Below, in pieces: positions 45,285-55,756 of a stretch of DNA of 64,000 bases (positions within the stretch are counted from its first letter, which is position 1; every line of letters starts with the position of its first letter). The notes under the pieces are model-generated. The model was not told where the DNA came from, made no database searches, and worked only from the letters and a program-made list of their open reading frames with translations. The stretch covers positions 22,242 to 86,241 of the forward strand of contig LFSI01000087.1 in assembly GCA_001512545.1 (NCBI GenBank), in the 5' to 3' direction. This DNA is from Clostridia bacterium DTU065. Its GTDB lineage: Bacteria > Bacillota > DTU065. The position numbers and the translations under genes were made by a program.

Positions 45285-46302
45285 GACTGAACTCCCCCCG
45301 CTCTCTGAGCTGCTGCAGGCTCATGTAGCTTTTGTAGTAGCTGAGCAGGCTGTCCCGTAGAGAGTTTTCCTGCTCCATCAGGGCGATCCTGCTGTTTTCC
45401 AGATCAGCATCGGTTATGACGCCGGCGCTGTGCTGCTTGAGAGCCACCTCGTACTTTTTCTGCTCCACCTCATAGGAGTCCAAAGCGTTGAGGTAGCTTT
45501 TTTCGCTCTGTTTGAGAGTGTTGTAGCTGCGGATCAACTGCTTGAGCTGGTCCTCTTCTGTGTTTTTCAGATTGATCTTTGCTTTTTCCACTTCCAGTTC
45601 TCTTTCTCTAATGGTAAGTACCGCTTCGCCTTTAGTCCTTGCCTCTTCCAGGTTTGCAGTGGCAGTGTCCAGCTGGTCTCTTGCCTGAACCACTCTCTCA
45701 AGGTTTGGCAGGTCTTTTAAGACGTCTTCTAGAGTCTCGGCAAACGGCACAAACTCCAGTTTAAAGTCGAACTCCCAATCTGCACTTCCCACAAGCGCGG
45801 CAAAATCCATCTTTGCCAGTTCTATTTGGTTTTCGGTATTGGCCAAATTGCTTTGCGCTGACTCCAAGTTCAGCTTCAGGTTTCTGAGTTCGGAGTCGCT
45901 GATACTTTTGATCTCCCACTTCTTCAACCCGTTTTCGTAAGCGGTTTCTGCCTGCTTCAGTCGGATCTTTCTGATCTCCAACTGATTCATGAGGTTTGTC
46001 ATGTTAACGTAGTTTTCCAAGTAGGTAACCTGCAGGTTCTGCACAGCTGTTCTGTAGGTCTTGTTTGCCTTTTTCCAAGCTTCATCTGCTTTTTTCTGAT
46101 TGGCCTCCAAATTGTCCAGGAGGTTTTCAGCTGTAGCTCTCAAATGATCGATTTCGGCTTTTTCCAGATCGATCTCGGCTAGTCTGTGGGTGGCGGAGTT
46201 CTCCAGTACAAGTTCCCAACCCTTTTGCATTTCGAGCACCTCCGCCTGTGCTCCGAGCACAAGTACTGTAAGAAGTGCTGCAACAACAAGGATTTTTCTC
46301 AT
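45259..46302 (-). CDS. TolC-like outer membrane efflux protein (OEP family), shorter paralog, 347 aa
   Basis: Signal peptide. Coiled-coil-rich, TolC-like. First gene of the 5-gene efflux operon. Confidence 0.65.
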   Translation of the reverse strand: MRKILVVAALLTVLVLGAQAEVLEMQKGWELVLENSATHRLAEIDLEKAEIDHLRATAENLLDNLEANQKKADEAWKKANKTYRTAVQNLQVTYLENYVNMTNLMNQLEIRKIRLKQAETAYENGLKKWEIKSISDSELRNLKLNLESAQSNLANTENQIELAKMDFAALVGSADWEFDFKLEFVPFAETLEDVLKDLPNLERVVQARDQLDTATANLEEARTKGEAVLTIRERELEVEKAKINLKNTEEDQLKQLIRSYNTLKQSEKSYLNALDSYEVEQKKYEVALKQHSAGVITDADLENSRIALMEQENSLRDSLLSYYKSYMSLQQLRERGEFSLEQFFADH

Positions 46303-46418
46303 GGCATCGGTGTCACCAAACTGACACCTAATTCACCTCCGTCTTTCTCAACATATAAACAAACTTGCCCTTTTAGTTGCAAAATCCTTGATATCTGTTC
46401 AATTTAAGCTCTCCATTC

Positions 46419-46452
46419 AAGAAAAAACACCCAAGATCTTGGGTGTTTTTTG
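46419..46452. terminator. Bidirectional terminator
   Basis: aaaaaacacccaagatcttgggtgtttttt. Confidence 0.65.
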
Positions 46453-46461
46453 CTATGCAGT

Positions 46462-47550
46462 TTAGGCTAAGGCTTTTGCCACTTCCTCCAACTGCCTTAC
46501 TATTTCAATTTTCTGCGGGCACTTAGGCTCACATTGGTAGCATTGAATGCAACTTTCAGCGGCTTTCTGTTCGTTTTTTAGCTTGTTGTAGGCATCTTTA
46601 GCCGTGTCCAGAAGGTCGTACACTCTGTAGTAGTTCATAGCCGTGAAGTTCCTCGGTATATCCACTCCGTTAGGGCAGGGCATGCAGTAGTTGCAGCCTG
46701 TGCAGTACAGGTTTGCCAGTCTCTGCTTCTCCCTGAGTATTTCTTCCAACGTGTCTTTTTCTTCCTGGCTTAAAGGCTCTTCCATAGATGCAATCCGAAC
46801 GTTTTCCCGCAGCATCTCTAAGTTGCTCATACCGGAGAGTGCCACATCCACATTGGGGTTGCTGAAGACAAATCTAAAAGCCATTTCGGCGCTGCTTTTT
46901 GTGCCTTGGGGAATGAGCCGCTTTATCTCTTCTGATGGTGCTGCAAGCCTTCCCCCTCCAACGGGTCCCATTACAGCAACGCCCAAACCCTTGCTCTTAG
47001 CATAGGCTATGCCTTCTTCATTGCTTCGGTCCAAGAGGTTGTACTGAACCAGCATGGTTTCGAAGTTACCAGTATCGATGAGTTTAATCAGGTTTTCCGG
47101 TGTATCGTGAAAGGAGAACGAAATGTGGCGGATCAAGCCCTCTTCCTTAGCCTTAAACGCCTCTTCCATCGGCCCGTTTTTAACATCGATAAGCTTGGTA
47201 TACTTCTCCCAGTTGATAGCCCACATGTGGTAGAAGTCGATGTAGTCCAAATCCAGCTTCTTGAGCGAAGTCTCCAAGCGTCTCCGCCAGTTGGCACCGC
47301 TTGCATCTTCTATAGGATTTTTCGTGGCCACATAGACTTTGTCCCGAAAACCCTTGAGGGCTTTGCCTATCAAGACTTCGCTTTGTCCATCGAGGTAGTA
47401 CAGTGCTGTGTCTACGTAGTTGATCCCCAGCCTAAACCCTTCACGAAGGAGCTCAATGGCATAGTCGGGATTCTCAGTAGGCAGCCTCATGCCGCCAAAT
47501 CCGAGTCTGGACACCTTAACACCAGTATTCCCAAAGTCTCTATACTGCAC
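46462..47550 (-). CDS. Aldo/keto reductase fused to a C-terminal 4Fe-4S ferredoxin-like domain
   Basis: AKR N-terminus (YRDFGNTGVKVSRLGFGGMRLP). C-terminal CTGCNYCMPCP...CIQCYQCEPKCP. Confidence 0.8.
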   Translation of the reverse strand: MQYRDFGNTGVKVSRLGFGGMRLPTENPDYAIELLREGFRLGINYVDTALYYLDGQSEVLIGKALKGFRDKVYVATKNPIEDASGANWRRRLETSLKKLDLDYIDFYHMWAINWEKYTKLIDVKNGPMEEAFKAKEEGLIRHISFSFHDTPENLIKLIDTGNFETMLVQYNLLDRSNEEGIAYAKSKGLGVAVMGPVGGGRLAAPSEEIKRLIPQGTKSSAEMAFRFVFSNPNVDVALSGMSNLEMLRENVRIASMEEPLSQEEKDTLEEILREKQRLANLYCTGCNYCMPCPNGVDIPRNFTAMNYYRVYDLLDTAKDAYNKLKNEQKAAESCIQCYQCEPKCPQKIEIVRQLEEVAKALA

Positions 47551-47565
47551 TCAAAATCCTCCTAC

Positions 47566-48630
47566 TTAGACAATCTTTACCGCTTCTTTGGTCTCTTGGG
47601 ACCTGTAGATAGCATCTTGAATCTTCATAACAGCCAATGCCTCTTCGGGCTTCACCAGAGGCTCCTTGCCATTGATGACGCAGTCGATAAAGTGTTCGAT
47701 CTCTGCATGGTAGTTGCTGATATTGAGGTTTCTCCTGACTACCTGGCTGACGTTGATTCTGTTGTACTCTTCGCTTACAACAGTCAAAGGTTTGCCGTAA
47801 TGGAAGACTGCACCGGCTTTTGAGCCGTAAATCTCTGTGCCGAAGATTTCATCTTCGGTGATGTTCATAACCCAGCTGGTCTCAAGAGACAGCGTTGCAC
47901 CGTCTTTCATCTTCACGAGACCAAAGGCCGCGTCTTCAACTTCGTACTCATCTGGAGTGTAGTTGCCCCAGTTGTTGAGAGGACCGTTCTTGGCGATGGC
48001 ATTGTAGCTAGAACCTAAGACCACTTCAGGATCGTGGTTATCCATAAGATAAAGAGTCAAGTCCAGTGCGTGAGTGCCGATATCGACCAGAGGACCTCCG
48101 CCTTGCTTTTCCAGGTTCAAGAAGTCGCCGTGAGCAGGAACTCCCCTTCTGCGGGTGGCGATAGCTTTAGCAAAGTAAATGTCTCCGAACTCTCCATACT
48201 GAATGCGTTCTTTAAGGGCTTGAATATCCGAATCGAAGCGCCACTGGTAGCCGATGGTTAGAATCTTACCGCTCTTCTTGTAAGCTTTCACCATTTCTTC
48301 TGCTTCCTGAGCATTTCTTGCCATGGGCTTTTCGCAGATAACGTGCTTGCCAGCTTCAAGAGCGGCGATGGTTGCCGGAGCGTGAGCGTAGTTGGAAGTG
48401 CAAACGCTGACCACGTCAATTTCCTTCATGGCAACCAGATCGTGGAAGTCGGTGAAGACATGCTCCACGCCTAGCTCCTTTGCTCTTTTTTCTGCTCTCT
48501 CCGGTTTGATATCGCAGAGGGCATAGATTTCTACTTTATCGCTGAGATTTAAGTATCCGGGAATATGGGCACCTTTAGCAATGCCGCCTACTCCAATAAT
48601 TCCTACTTTTAGTTTGCCCGACAATTTCAA
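47566..48630 (-). CDS. Gfo/Idh/MocA-family NAD(P)-dependent oxidoreductase
   Basis: N-terminal Rossmann motif VGIIGVGGIAKGAH. Family-typical length. Confidence 0.85.
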   Translation of the reverse strand: MKLSGKLKVGIIGVGGIAKGAHIPGYLNLSDKVEIYALCDIKPERAEKRAKELGVEHVFTDFHDLVAMKEIDVVSVCTSNYAHAPATIAALEAGKHVICEKPMARNAQEAEEMVKAYKKSGKILTIGYQWRFDSDIQALKERIQYGEFGDIYFAKAIATRRRGVPAHGDFLNLEKQGGGPLVDIGTHALDLTLYLMDNHDPEVVLGSSYNAIAKNGPLNNWGNYTPDEYEVEDAAFGLVKMKDGATLSLETSWVMNITEDEIFGTEIYGSKAGAVFHYGKPLTVVSEEYNRINVSQVVRRNLNISNYHAEIEHFIDCVINGKEPLVKPEEALAVMKIQDAIYRSQETKEAVKIV

Positions 48631-48851
48631 GATCTCCTTTCAGTGCGTTTTCAACTGATTATTTACTCACAAGGTTTCCTATTTCCTCTCGGAAAGTGAA
48701 CTTTTGCCACCTTAATACTGTACCCCATTTGGCGAAAACATGCCAGCTGCCATTTGGACAAACCTCCTCCTAAAAGCGCTAATCAGAATAAAAACAGCAA
48801 AGTAACTAAGAATATTGGTAAATGGCTCCAGAAGTAAAAGGAGGCGGAAAC

Positions 48852-50429
48852 GTGGAGAAGGAGGAAAATCTCAACGTCTTTGCAAGCAAGCACGAACCCT
48901 ACTGGCTCTCCTCCATCAAGAGGGAAGAGCATCCCGGTTTAAGTGAAGACATAGATGTTGATGTAGCTATTGTCGGCGGAGGCATCACTGGAATCACAAC
49001 GGGCTTTTTACTGAAAAAAGCCGGTCTGAAAGTTGCGGTCTTGGAAGCAAACAGGCTTTTCAGCGGCACAACCGGACACACCACAGCCAAGCTCACCTCA
49101 CAACACGGCCTGATCTACGACAGACTCATTGCCACATTCGGTGAGGAGCGGGCCAAACAGTATGCGGTAGCCAATGAAGAAGCTATTGGTTTTGTGGAAG
49201 CTTTGGTTAGGGAGAAAAACATCGACTGCAACTTCGAGACTCTGCCGGCCTACATCTACACTGAAGATGAGAGGTACATCGAGAGAATTAAAAGAGAGGT
49301 GGCAGCTGCAGAGACTCTCGGGCTGAGCGCTTCATTTGCTGAGGATCTCCCTCTCCCCTTTACAGTCCGAGGCGCAGTGAAGTTCGAAGGCCAAGCCCAA
49401 TTCCACCCTTTGAAGTACCTGTCCGCTCTGGCTCGGGAGATCCCCGGAGATGGCTCGTTTATTTTTGAAAACACCCTTGCCGTCGATGTTGAAGATGCAA
49501 AGCGCCCTGTGGTGGTTACAAAAGACGGCCCCAAAGTCACTGCATCCTTTGTGGTTATCGCGTCTCACTTCCCCTTCTATGACGGGCTTGGCCTCTATTT
49601 CACCAAAATCTACACAGATAGATCCTACGTCATTGCCATCGAAGCCGAGGAAAGCCTTGGGGAAGGCGTGTTTCTCAGCGCTGAAACCCCAGTGCGTTCC
49701 CTCCGAAACATCAAAGACGGCAGATCTGAGCTGATCATCATCGGAGGTGAAAACCACAAGACAGGCGACCAAACCGGAACCAATGTCCATTACCGCAATC
49801 TCGCGGACTTTGCCAAGATTAACTTTACAGTAAAGAAGATCCACTACAGATGGTCTACCCAGGACTGCATGACCGCAGATGGCGTTCCTTACATCGGCTT
49901 TCTTACAGCAAAAACCCCCACCATACTGGTTGCCACAGGCTATAACAAGTGGGGAATGACCAGCGGAACCGCTGCAGCAAGAATCCTGTCCGACCTGATT
50001 ACCAAAGGTGAAAGTCCCCATGCAGATGTGTTCAGTCCTCAACGGCTGCATCTAGCTGCTGCTCCTAGCTTGGTGGTACAAAATCTAGATGTTGCCCGCA
50101 AGCTGATCTCGGGTAAGCTCTCCGGCGGGGCTAAGGAAGAAGACCTGAAAAACGGCGAGGCGAAGGTCATCACTGCCTACGGCCAGAAGGCAGGAGCTTA
50201 TCGCGATCACGAAGGCACGCTCCACGTACTGGACATTACCTGCACCCATCTAGGCTGCGAACTGGTCTGGAACGATGCGGAGCTGACCTGGGATTGTCCC
50301 TGTCACGGTTCTCGTTTCAGCTACACCGGCGATGTGGTCGAATGCCCTGCCCTCCGTCCGCTTAAACGTCTGGAAGGAGACGACGGAGCGAGCGACGAGA
50401 AGAACATCATCGATCCCAAACTTACGTAA
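48852..50429 (+). CDS. FAD-dependent oxidoreductase with C-terminal Rieske [2Fe-2S] domain (YhfW-like)
   Basis: AIVGGGITGITTG. Rieske CTHLGC...CPCHGSRF. The start is taken as GTG at 48852 with AAAGGAGG 7 nt upstream (the ORF-track ATG at 48822 lacks an RBS). Confidence 0.75.
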   Translation: MEKEENLNVFASKHEPYWLSSIKREEHPGLSEDIDVDVAIVGGGITGITTGFLLKKAGLKVAVLEANRLFSGTTGHTTAKLTSQHGLIYDRLIATFGEERAKQYAVANEEAIGFVEALVREKNIDCNFETLPAYIYTEDERYIERIKREVAAAETLGLSASFAEDLPLPFTVRGAVKFEGQAQFHPLKYLSALAREIPGDGSFIFENTLAVDVEDAKRPVVVTKDGPKVTASFVVIASHFPFYDGLGLYFTKIYTDRSYVIAIEAEESLGEGVFLSAETPVRSLRNIKDGRSELIIIGGENHKTGDQTGTNVHYRNLADFAKINFTVKKIHYRWSTQDCMTADGVPYIGFLTAKTPTILVATGYNKWGMTSGTAAARILSDLITKGESPHADVFSPQRLHLAAAPSLVVQNLDVARKLISGKLSGGAKEEDLKNGEAKVITAYGQKAGAYRDHEGTLHVLDITCTHLGCELVWNDAELTWDCPCHGSRFSYTGDVVECPALRPLKRLEGDDGASDEKNIIDPKLT

Positions 50430-50431
50430 AA

Positions 50432-50460
50432 AAATGGATCTCGCAAGAGATCCATTTTAA
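50432..50460. terminator. Bidirectional terminator
   Basis: aaatggatctc gcaa gagatccattt. Confidence 0.6.
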
Positions 50461-51438
50461 TTAGTCAGCAAAGAGCCTATCTGTGAACTCGTCTAATTCC
50501 TTTTCCATGCGATCGAAGTCCATCGCTGCAATGTACAGCTTTTCGAGGTCTTCGTGAACCAAAAACGCCTTGTTCAGCTGAACGATGCCCTGCCTTTCTT
50601 CCTCTTTGATGGTCCCCTGTAGTTCCCTTTCAAAGCTGGTGTAGTGGTGTTCAGCTGGCCACACTACCTTGATGTGCAGCTTCAGCTCAGGTAGGTATAC
50701 CCCTTCGTAGTTCATTCCGTCTAAAGGATCGATTAGGAACAAGACTTCAAACCCCTGGGTCAAAAAGATCCCTGCAAGAGAACTGAGGTAAGCCTTCGCC
50801 AGTGTCGGAGCACCTTCGAAGGTGTAGGTTTTTTCCGCAGGAACTTTCAGCTTCTTGAAGCCAAAGGGAGTATACGCAGAAACGAAGCGGTTGCGGCTTT
50901 TTCCCAGTTCGTTTTTGCCGTGGAGCTTGCGGTTTAATATCTCGTCTTTGATCTTTTGGTACTGGGTTTCTAAGCTCGGATGCAACCTTTCTGCCAAGCT
51001 CCGTTCTAGCTGCTCGCGAAACTTCAACGCTTTCTGCAGGCAGGCGTAAGCCAAGCTGAAATGCATCGAGTTTTTTTGCGACAGCTCCTCAACAAGCCTC
51101 TGATTGGACCTTAAACGGCTCGAGTCCCAGTAGTTGCCAAAGTTCAGGATTTCGTCTCTGATGCCAGGTTTTTCAGCTTCTAAGATGTGGGGAGCCGTGG
51201 CATCAGTTACAAAAAAACCAAGGTCGAAGTCGGCGATAGTATCAAATGAGTCCGGTGCAGAAGGGCAGTAAAAAACGACGGGATTTTCAATCCTCTTGAG
51301 TAGTCTTTTGATGAATGAAGATTTCCCCGTTCCCGGACCTCCCTTAATCAGTATCCGTTTTTTTGCTTCGGGAAAGAACTCCTTAGCAAAGTTAACCGAT
51401 CCCCTGCCGGTGTTTCCTCCCCAGAAAAATTCGTTCAT
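50461..51438 (-). CDS. P-loop NTPase, hypothetical (Walker A GGPGTGKSS near the N-terminus)
   Basis: 325 aa. Walker A present; the remainder is unassigned. Confidence 0.5.
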   Translation of the reverse strand: MNEFFWGGNTGRGSVNFAKEFFPEAKKRILIKGGPGTGKSSFIKRLLKRIENPVVFYCPSAPDSFDTIADFDLGFFVTDATAPHILEAEKPGIRDEILNFGNYWDSSRLRSNQRLVEELSQKNSMHFSLAYACLQKALKFREQLERSLAERLHPSLETQYQKIKDEILNRKLHGKNELGKSRNRFVSAYTPFGFKKLKVPAEKTYTFEGAPTLAKAYLSSLAGIFLTQGFEVLFLIDPLDGMNYEGVYLPELKLHIKVVWPAEHHYTSFERELQGTIKEEERQGIVQLNKAFLVHEDLEKLYIAAMDFDRMEKELDEFTDRLFAD

Positions 51439-51559
51439 GAACTCACCTCTTAAAACGCACTGAACTCAGTGCGGAAACTTGGGTCTTTCGCCTTTCTATT
51501 CTTATGCAGTTTACCCCATTTTAGTTAGCGACACTGCATGTCTCGAAAAAGTGCCAAGA

Positions 51560-51592
51560 AAAAAACTGCCGAATAAAATCGGCAGTTTCTCA
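51560..51592 (-). terminator. Terminator after the CPBP protease gene
   Basis: The minus strand reads aaactgccgattttattcggcagttttttt. Confidence 0.6.
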
Positions 51593-51598
51593 GCTGTT

Positions 51599-52426
51599 TC
51601 ACTTAGCCCGGCTTCCTACTATCTCCAGGCCTCTTTTCTTTTCCGGTTTGGCATGGTGCTTTTCGAATCTATACAGCGACACGCCAGCCAAAAGAAGCAG
51701 CAGGACAAAGGTCAGCCACGACTCCATGTGCACGTAGCTGGCAAAGTGGGTCGAGTGCACTTCAGTTACCGGGAAAAGCGTGGTAAAGACCAGGTTCCAC
51801 GCGGTGTGGAAACCAATGCAAAGCCACTTGGCCTTAGTGCAGAGGTACAGTAGACCCAGGAAAAATGCTAAGACGTAAAAGTTTGCCCAGCCTAGAAGGT
51901 TTACATGAGGCCTATCCCAGAGGAATTGCACCAGGACAAACACCAAAGACGAGTAGATTACCGCTCTGTGGGGATGATGCATCTCCTCAAACTGCTCCAA
52001 AACGTATCCCCTGGTGACCATCTCTTCGATGTACGATTCAGAGATAAAGAAAATAATACTGGATACAAGCACTCGGAAGAAAGCGCTTGATAGTAGTGCT
52101 GGGTTGAACACTCTAGATTTCGTGCCCACAAGATTGTCCAGTACAACCACTATAAGTGCAACGAGAGCACCGAAAAGGGCACCTATGCCCAGTTTTTTTA
52201 TACCGTCAACCTCTAGATATCCTTTAAAGTTTCCAGTTTCCAGTACGAACCTTAGCCACCCGTGGATGATTATGGACAGAACAATGGCCTGAGCTAGCAT
52301 CTTTAAGCTAGGTTCGTTGATAACAGGCAAGGTATCTAGTGCGTACGAAGTAAACATCATGAACGGAACAAGGAGCACTAAATAAAACAAAACCTGTTGC
52401 GCGCGATGCTTTTCACTTTGCAGCAT
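51599..52426 (-). CDS. CPBP-family (CAAX/Abi) intramembrane metalloprotease
   Basis: Motifs EEMVTRG (EExxxR), FVLVQFLWD, and GFHTAWNL (HxxxN). Confidence 0.75.
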   Translation of the reverse strand: MLQSEKHRAQQVLFYLVLLVPFMMFTSYALDTLPVINEPSLKMLAQAIVLSIIIHGWLRFVLETGNFKGYLEVDGIKKLGIGALFGALVALIVVVLDNLVGTKSRVFNPALLSSAFFRVLVSSIIFFISESYIEEMVTRGYVLEQFEEMHHPHRAVIYSSLVFVLVQFLWDRPHVNLLGWANFYVLAFFLGLLYLCTKAKWLCIGFHTAWNLVFTTLFPVTEVHSTHFASYVHMESWLTFVLLLLLAGVSLYRFEKHHAKPEKKRGLEIVGSRAK

Positions 52427-52566
52427 TTATACAGCCTCCATATTACTTCCAGTGATTCTTCAACCACTACTAGCTCAGAGTCCATTGTATACAACTTCAG
52501 GAAACAGTGCAACTAAAATGCTCGCTGATTTTGTTCAAAATTTAACATTTTTGACGCAAATCGCTG

Positions 52567-54705
52567 TTAATCTCGACTAACCTTCTTGGACAGTTTCAAG
52601 CTTATCCTCTGGCGTTTGGTGTCGATTTCGGTAACCACAACCTCTACGATCTCTCCTACCGAGATCTGCTGCGTCGGATGGAGCTTGTGGCCCTTAGGCA
52701 GTTTGGAAACGTGAATGAGACCGTCTCTCTTCACTCCGATATCTACGAAAGCACCGAAATCCACAACGTTTCTAACGGTCCCCGTGAGAACCTGTCCGAC
52801 TTTGAGGTCTTCAAACTTCATGACGTCGCTCCTAAACACCGGCCCGGGGAGGTCTTCTCGTGGATCTCTACCTGGTTTCTGCAGAGAGTCCACAATATCT
52901 ATGACCGTAGGGAGACCTGCCTCAAACTTAGAAGCAAGTTCCTTAGCATCTACGTCTTTCAAAGCTTCTTTAAACTCCGGCTTCTCCACGTCGGTGAGGT
53001 CAAATCCCAAAGAGCCAATGATCTTTTCCGCAAGCTCGTAGGACTCGGGGTGAACTGCGGTGTTGTCCAAGATGTTTTCTCCACCTGCAACACGCAAAAA
53101 GCCTGCAGCCTGTTCAAAGGTTTTTGCTCCGAGGCCCTTGATTTCAAGAAGCTGCTTTCTGGAGCGGAAAGGCCCGTTTTCCTGTCTGTAGGCGACGATC
53201 CGCTGTGCCAAGGTTTTGTTGATGCCGCTTACGTAGCGGAGGAGGCTCCAAGATGCGGTGTTCAGTTCCACGCCAACGTGGTTTACTGCAGACATGACCA
53301 CATAATCCAGTGCTTCCGCAAGACTCTTTTGGTTCACATCGTGCTGATACTGCCCTACGCCGATGCTCTTGGGATCGATCTTTACCAGCTCTGCCAGAGG
53401 ATCCTGGATTCGTCTAGCGATAGAGACCGCTCCTCTAATGGACACGTCTAGGTCTGGGAACTCTTCCTTGGCCACTTCAGAAGCTGAGTAGACCGAGGCT
53501 CCAGCTTCGCTGACGATGGCATAGTTCGTGCCGGTTTCTTTGGCTATTTCGCTTGCCAGCATCTCGGTTTCTCTGGAGGCTGTTCCGTTTCCGATGGTTA
53601 TGAGGTCCACCTTGTATTTCTTAATCAAGTCGATTAAGGTTTTCTTGGCTTCTTCCCACCTATGCTGCGGCTCGTGAGGGTAAACAGTGCAGGTGGTGAG
53701 GAGATCTCCTTGCGGGTTGACAACAGCTACTTTGGTGCCTGTTCTGTAAGCGGGGTCTAGCCCCATAACGGTCTTCCCTCTTACAGGAGCTTGCAGCAGT
53801 AGATTTCTCAGGTTTTCCTGGAAGATGCGAATGGCCTGTTTGTCCGCGTCCTCACTGAGGTTTCTCCTTAGGTCCCTTTCGATTGCAGGAGCAAGCAGCC
53901 GTTGATAAGAGTCGATGATGGCTAGCTTCAGCTGCTCTGGATAGGGAGCTTCGGCGTCAACCCAAAGAGCGTTTAGTGACTGAATCACCTGATCCTCACT
54001 TGCAACTAGTTTTACCGCAAGATAGCCTTCTTTTTCACCGCGATTAATAGCCAGAATCTGGTGGGAAACCAGACTCTTCAAAGGGGCTTTGAAGTCGAAG
54101 TAGTTCTGGTATGTTAGAGCTTCCTGCTCTTCTTCTTTGCCTTTAACAGGTGCAACCTCCAGAGACCCCAGTCTGAAGATGATCCTCCTCATCCATTCCC
54201 TGGTTTTGAAGTCTTCGCTGATGATCTCAGCCACAATATCTCTAGCTCCACTCAAAGCATCCTCTTCAGAGGGAACTTCTTCGGAGAGATAGTCTTTGGC
54301 AAAAGAGACAGGATCTTCTTTGGCCTGAAGAATGATCTCAGCAAGAGGCTCCAATCCTCTTTCTCGGGCGATAGTTGCTCTAGTGCGGCGTTTTGGTCGA
54401 AATGGCAGGTAGATGTCTTCTACGGCCTGCAGGCTATCGGCCTTCTTAATGCTCTCCTCGATCTCCGGCGTAAGCTTATCGCCGATGAGGCGAATGACTT
54501 CTTCTTTGCGGGCTTCAAGGTTTCTCAGGTAGGTTACCCGTTCCTGAATCGCTTTGATCTGGGTCTCATCTAAAGAGCCGGTGCGTTCCTTACGGTAGCG
54601 GGCTATAAAAGGGATGGTGTTGCCCTCATCCAACAGAGCTACGGTCTCTTTTACCTGCTCACTTTTTATTTTGAGTTCCAACGCAACAGCACTAATGATA
54701 TCCAT
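52567..54705 (-). CDS. tex: Tex-like transcription accessory protein (HhH, YqgF and S1 domains)
   Basis: Full-length Tex similarity, including the C-terminal S1 domain (GQVLTGTVRNVVDFGAFVDIGVKRDGLIHVSKL). Confidence 0.9.
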   Translation of the reverse strand: MDIISAVALELKIKSEQVKETVALLDEGNTIPFIARYRKERTGSLDETQIKAIQERVTYLRNLEARKEEVIRLIGDKLTPEIEESIKKADSLQAVEDIYLPFRPKRRTRATIARERGLEPLAEIILQAKEDPVSFAKDYLSEEVPSEEDALSGARDIVAEIISEDFKTREWMRRIIFRLGSLEVAPVKGKEEEQEALTYQNYFDFKAPLKSLVSHQILAINRGEKEGYLAVKLVASEDQVIQSLNALWVDAEAPYPEQLKLAIIDSYQRLLAPAIERDLRRNLSEDADKQAIRIFQENLRNLLLQAPVRGKTVMGLDPAYRTGTKVAVVNPQGDLLTTCTVYPHEPQHRWEEAKKTLIDLIKKYKVDLITIGNGTASRETEMLASEIAKETGTNYAIVSEAGASVYSASEVAKEEFPDLDVSIRGAVSIARRIQDPLAELVKIDPKSIGVGQYQHDVNQKSLAEALDYVVMSAVNHVGVELNTASWSLLRYVSGINKTLAQRIVAYRQENGPFRSRKQLLEIKGLGAKTFEQAAGFLRVAGGENILDNTAVHPESYELAEKIIGSLGFDLTDVEKPEFKEALKDVDAKELASKFEAGLPTVIDIVDSLQKPGRDPREDLPGPVFRSDVMKFEDLKVGQVLTGTVRNVVDFGAFVDIGVKRDGLIHVSKLPKGHKLHPTQQISVGEIVEVVVTEIDTKRQRISLKLSKKVSRD

Positions 54706-54745
54706 TTCTACCCTCTCCTTTGAGAAAAAGGAGCCCCTAGGCTCC

Positions 54746-55756
54746 TTAACGATTCTTGGACTTGCGTGATTTCAAATTCTTAAGCATTTGATGATGTTCA
54801 AGAACTAAAGCCGTACCTCTAGCCACAGAAAACAGTGGCTCTTCTGCCACAAACACGGGAAGATTGGTCTCGTGCTTAAGCAGCTTATCGATATTCTTAA
54901 TCAGTGCACCACCACCGGTAAGAATAATGCCGTTTTCGAAGATATCTGAAGCTACCTCCGGCTTGGTTTCTTCCAGGGTGACTTTGACAGCTCGTACAAT
55001 TTCCGACAACGGCTCGGAGATGGCCTCGTGAATCTCTCTGGTGTGGACGACCAGGTTAACAGGGAGTCCAGTCACCAAGTTTCTACCCCTGATCTCCAGT
55101 TCTTCGTCTTCTTCAGGGAAGGCGTTTCCGATCTTGATTTTAATCTCTTCAGCTGTGCGCTCTCCAACAACGATGCTGTACGCTCTGCGTAGGTACAAAA
55201 TAATAGCCTTGTCCATTGCGTTGCCAGCAACACGGATAGAGCGACCAGCTACAATTCCGCCAAGCGAAGTTACGGCGATCTCTGTAGTTCCGCCGCCGAT
55301 ATCTACAACCATATGTCCTGTGGGCTCTTCTACCGGTATTCCTGCACCGATTGCAGCAGCCATCGGCTCTTCGATGAGGTAGACTTCTCTTGCCCCTGCT
55401 TTAAATGCCGCCTCTTCAACGGCGCGGCGTTCCACTGACGTTGCACCTCTAGGAATGCCTACAACGAGGCGAGGTCTGAAAAGCGAAGGTCGGATGCACT
55501 TCTTAATGAAGTAGTTGAGCATTTTTTCCGTAACTTCGTAGTCGGCAATAACGCCGTCGAGCATAGGCTGCACGGCGACAATATCGCCTGGAGTCCTACC
55601 GATCATGGCCTTGGCCTCTGAACCCACAGCCAAGATCTCTTTTGTGTCCTTTCTTATAGCGACAACAGACGGTTCGTTTAAAATAACCTCACCTTTGCGG
55701 CAGACCAGCGTGTTGGCTGTACCTAGGTCTATGCCAATATCCCTTCCTAATCTCAT
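54746..55756 (-). CDS. mreB: Rod shape-determining protein MreB
   Basis: [18 protein letters not shown] aligns with MreB N-termini. The start is reassigned to 55756; the RBS is distant, so the start is uncertain. Confidence 0.9.
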   Translation of the reverse strand: MRLGRDIGIDLGTANTLVCRKGEVILNEPSVVAIRKDTKEILAVGSEAKAMIGRTPGDIVAVQPMLDGVIADYEVTEKMLNYFIKKCIRPSLFRPRLVVGIPRGATSVERRAVEEAAFKAGAREVYLIEEPMAAAIGAGIPVEEPTGHMVVDIGGGTTEIAVTSLGGIVAGRSIRVAGNAMDKAIILYLRRAYSIVVGERTAEEIKIKIGNAFPEEDEELEIRGRNLVTGLPVNLVVHTREIHEAISEPLSEIVRAVKVTLEETKPEVASDIFENGIILTGGGALIKNIDKLLKHETNLPVFVAEEPLFSVARGTALVLEHHQMLKNLKSRKSKNR

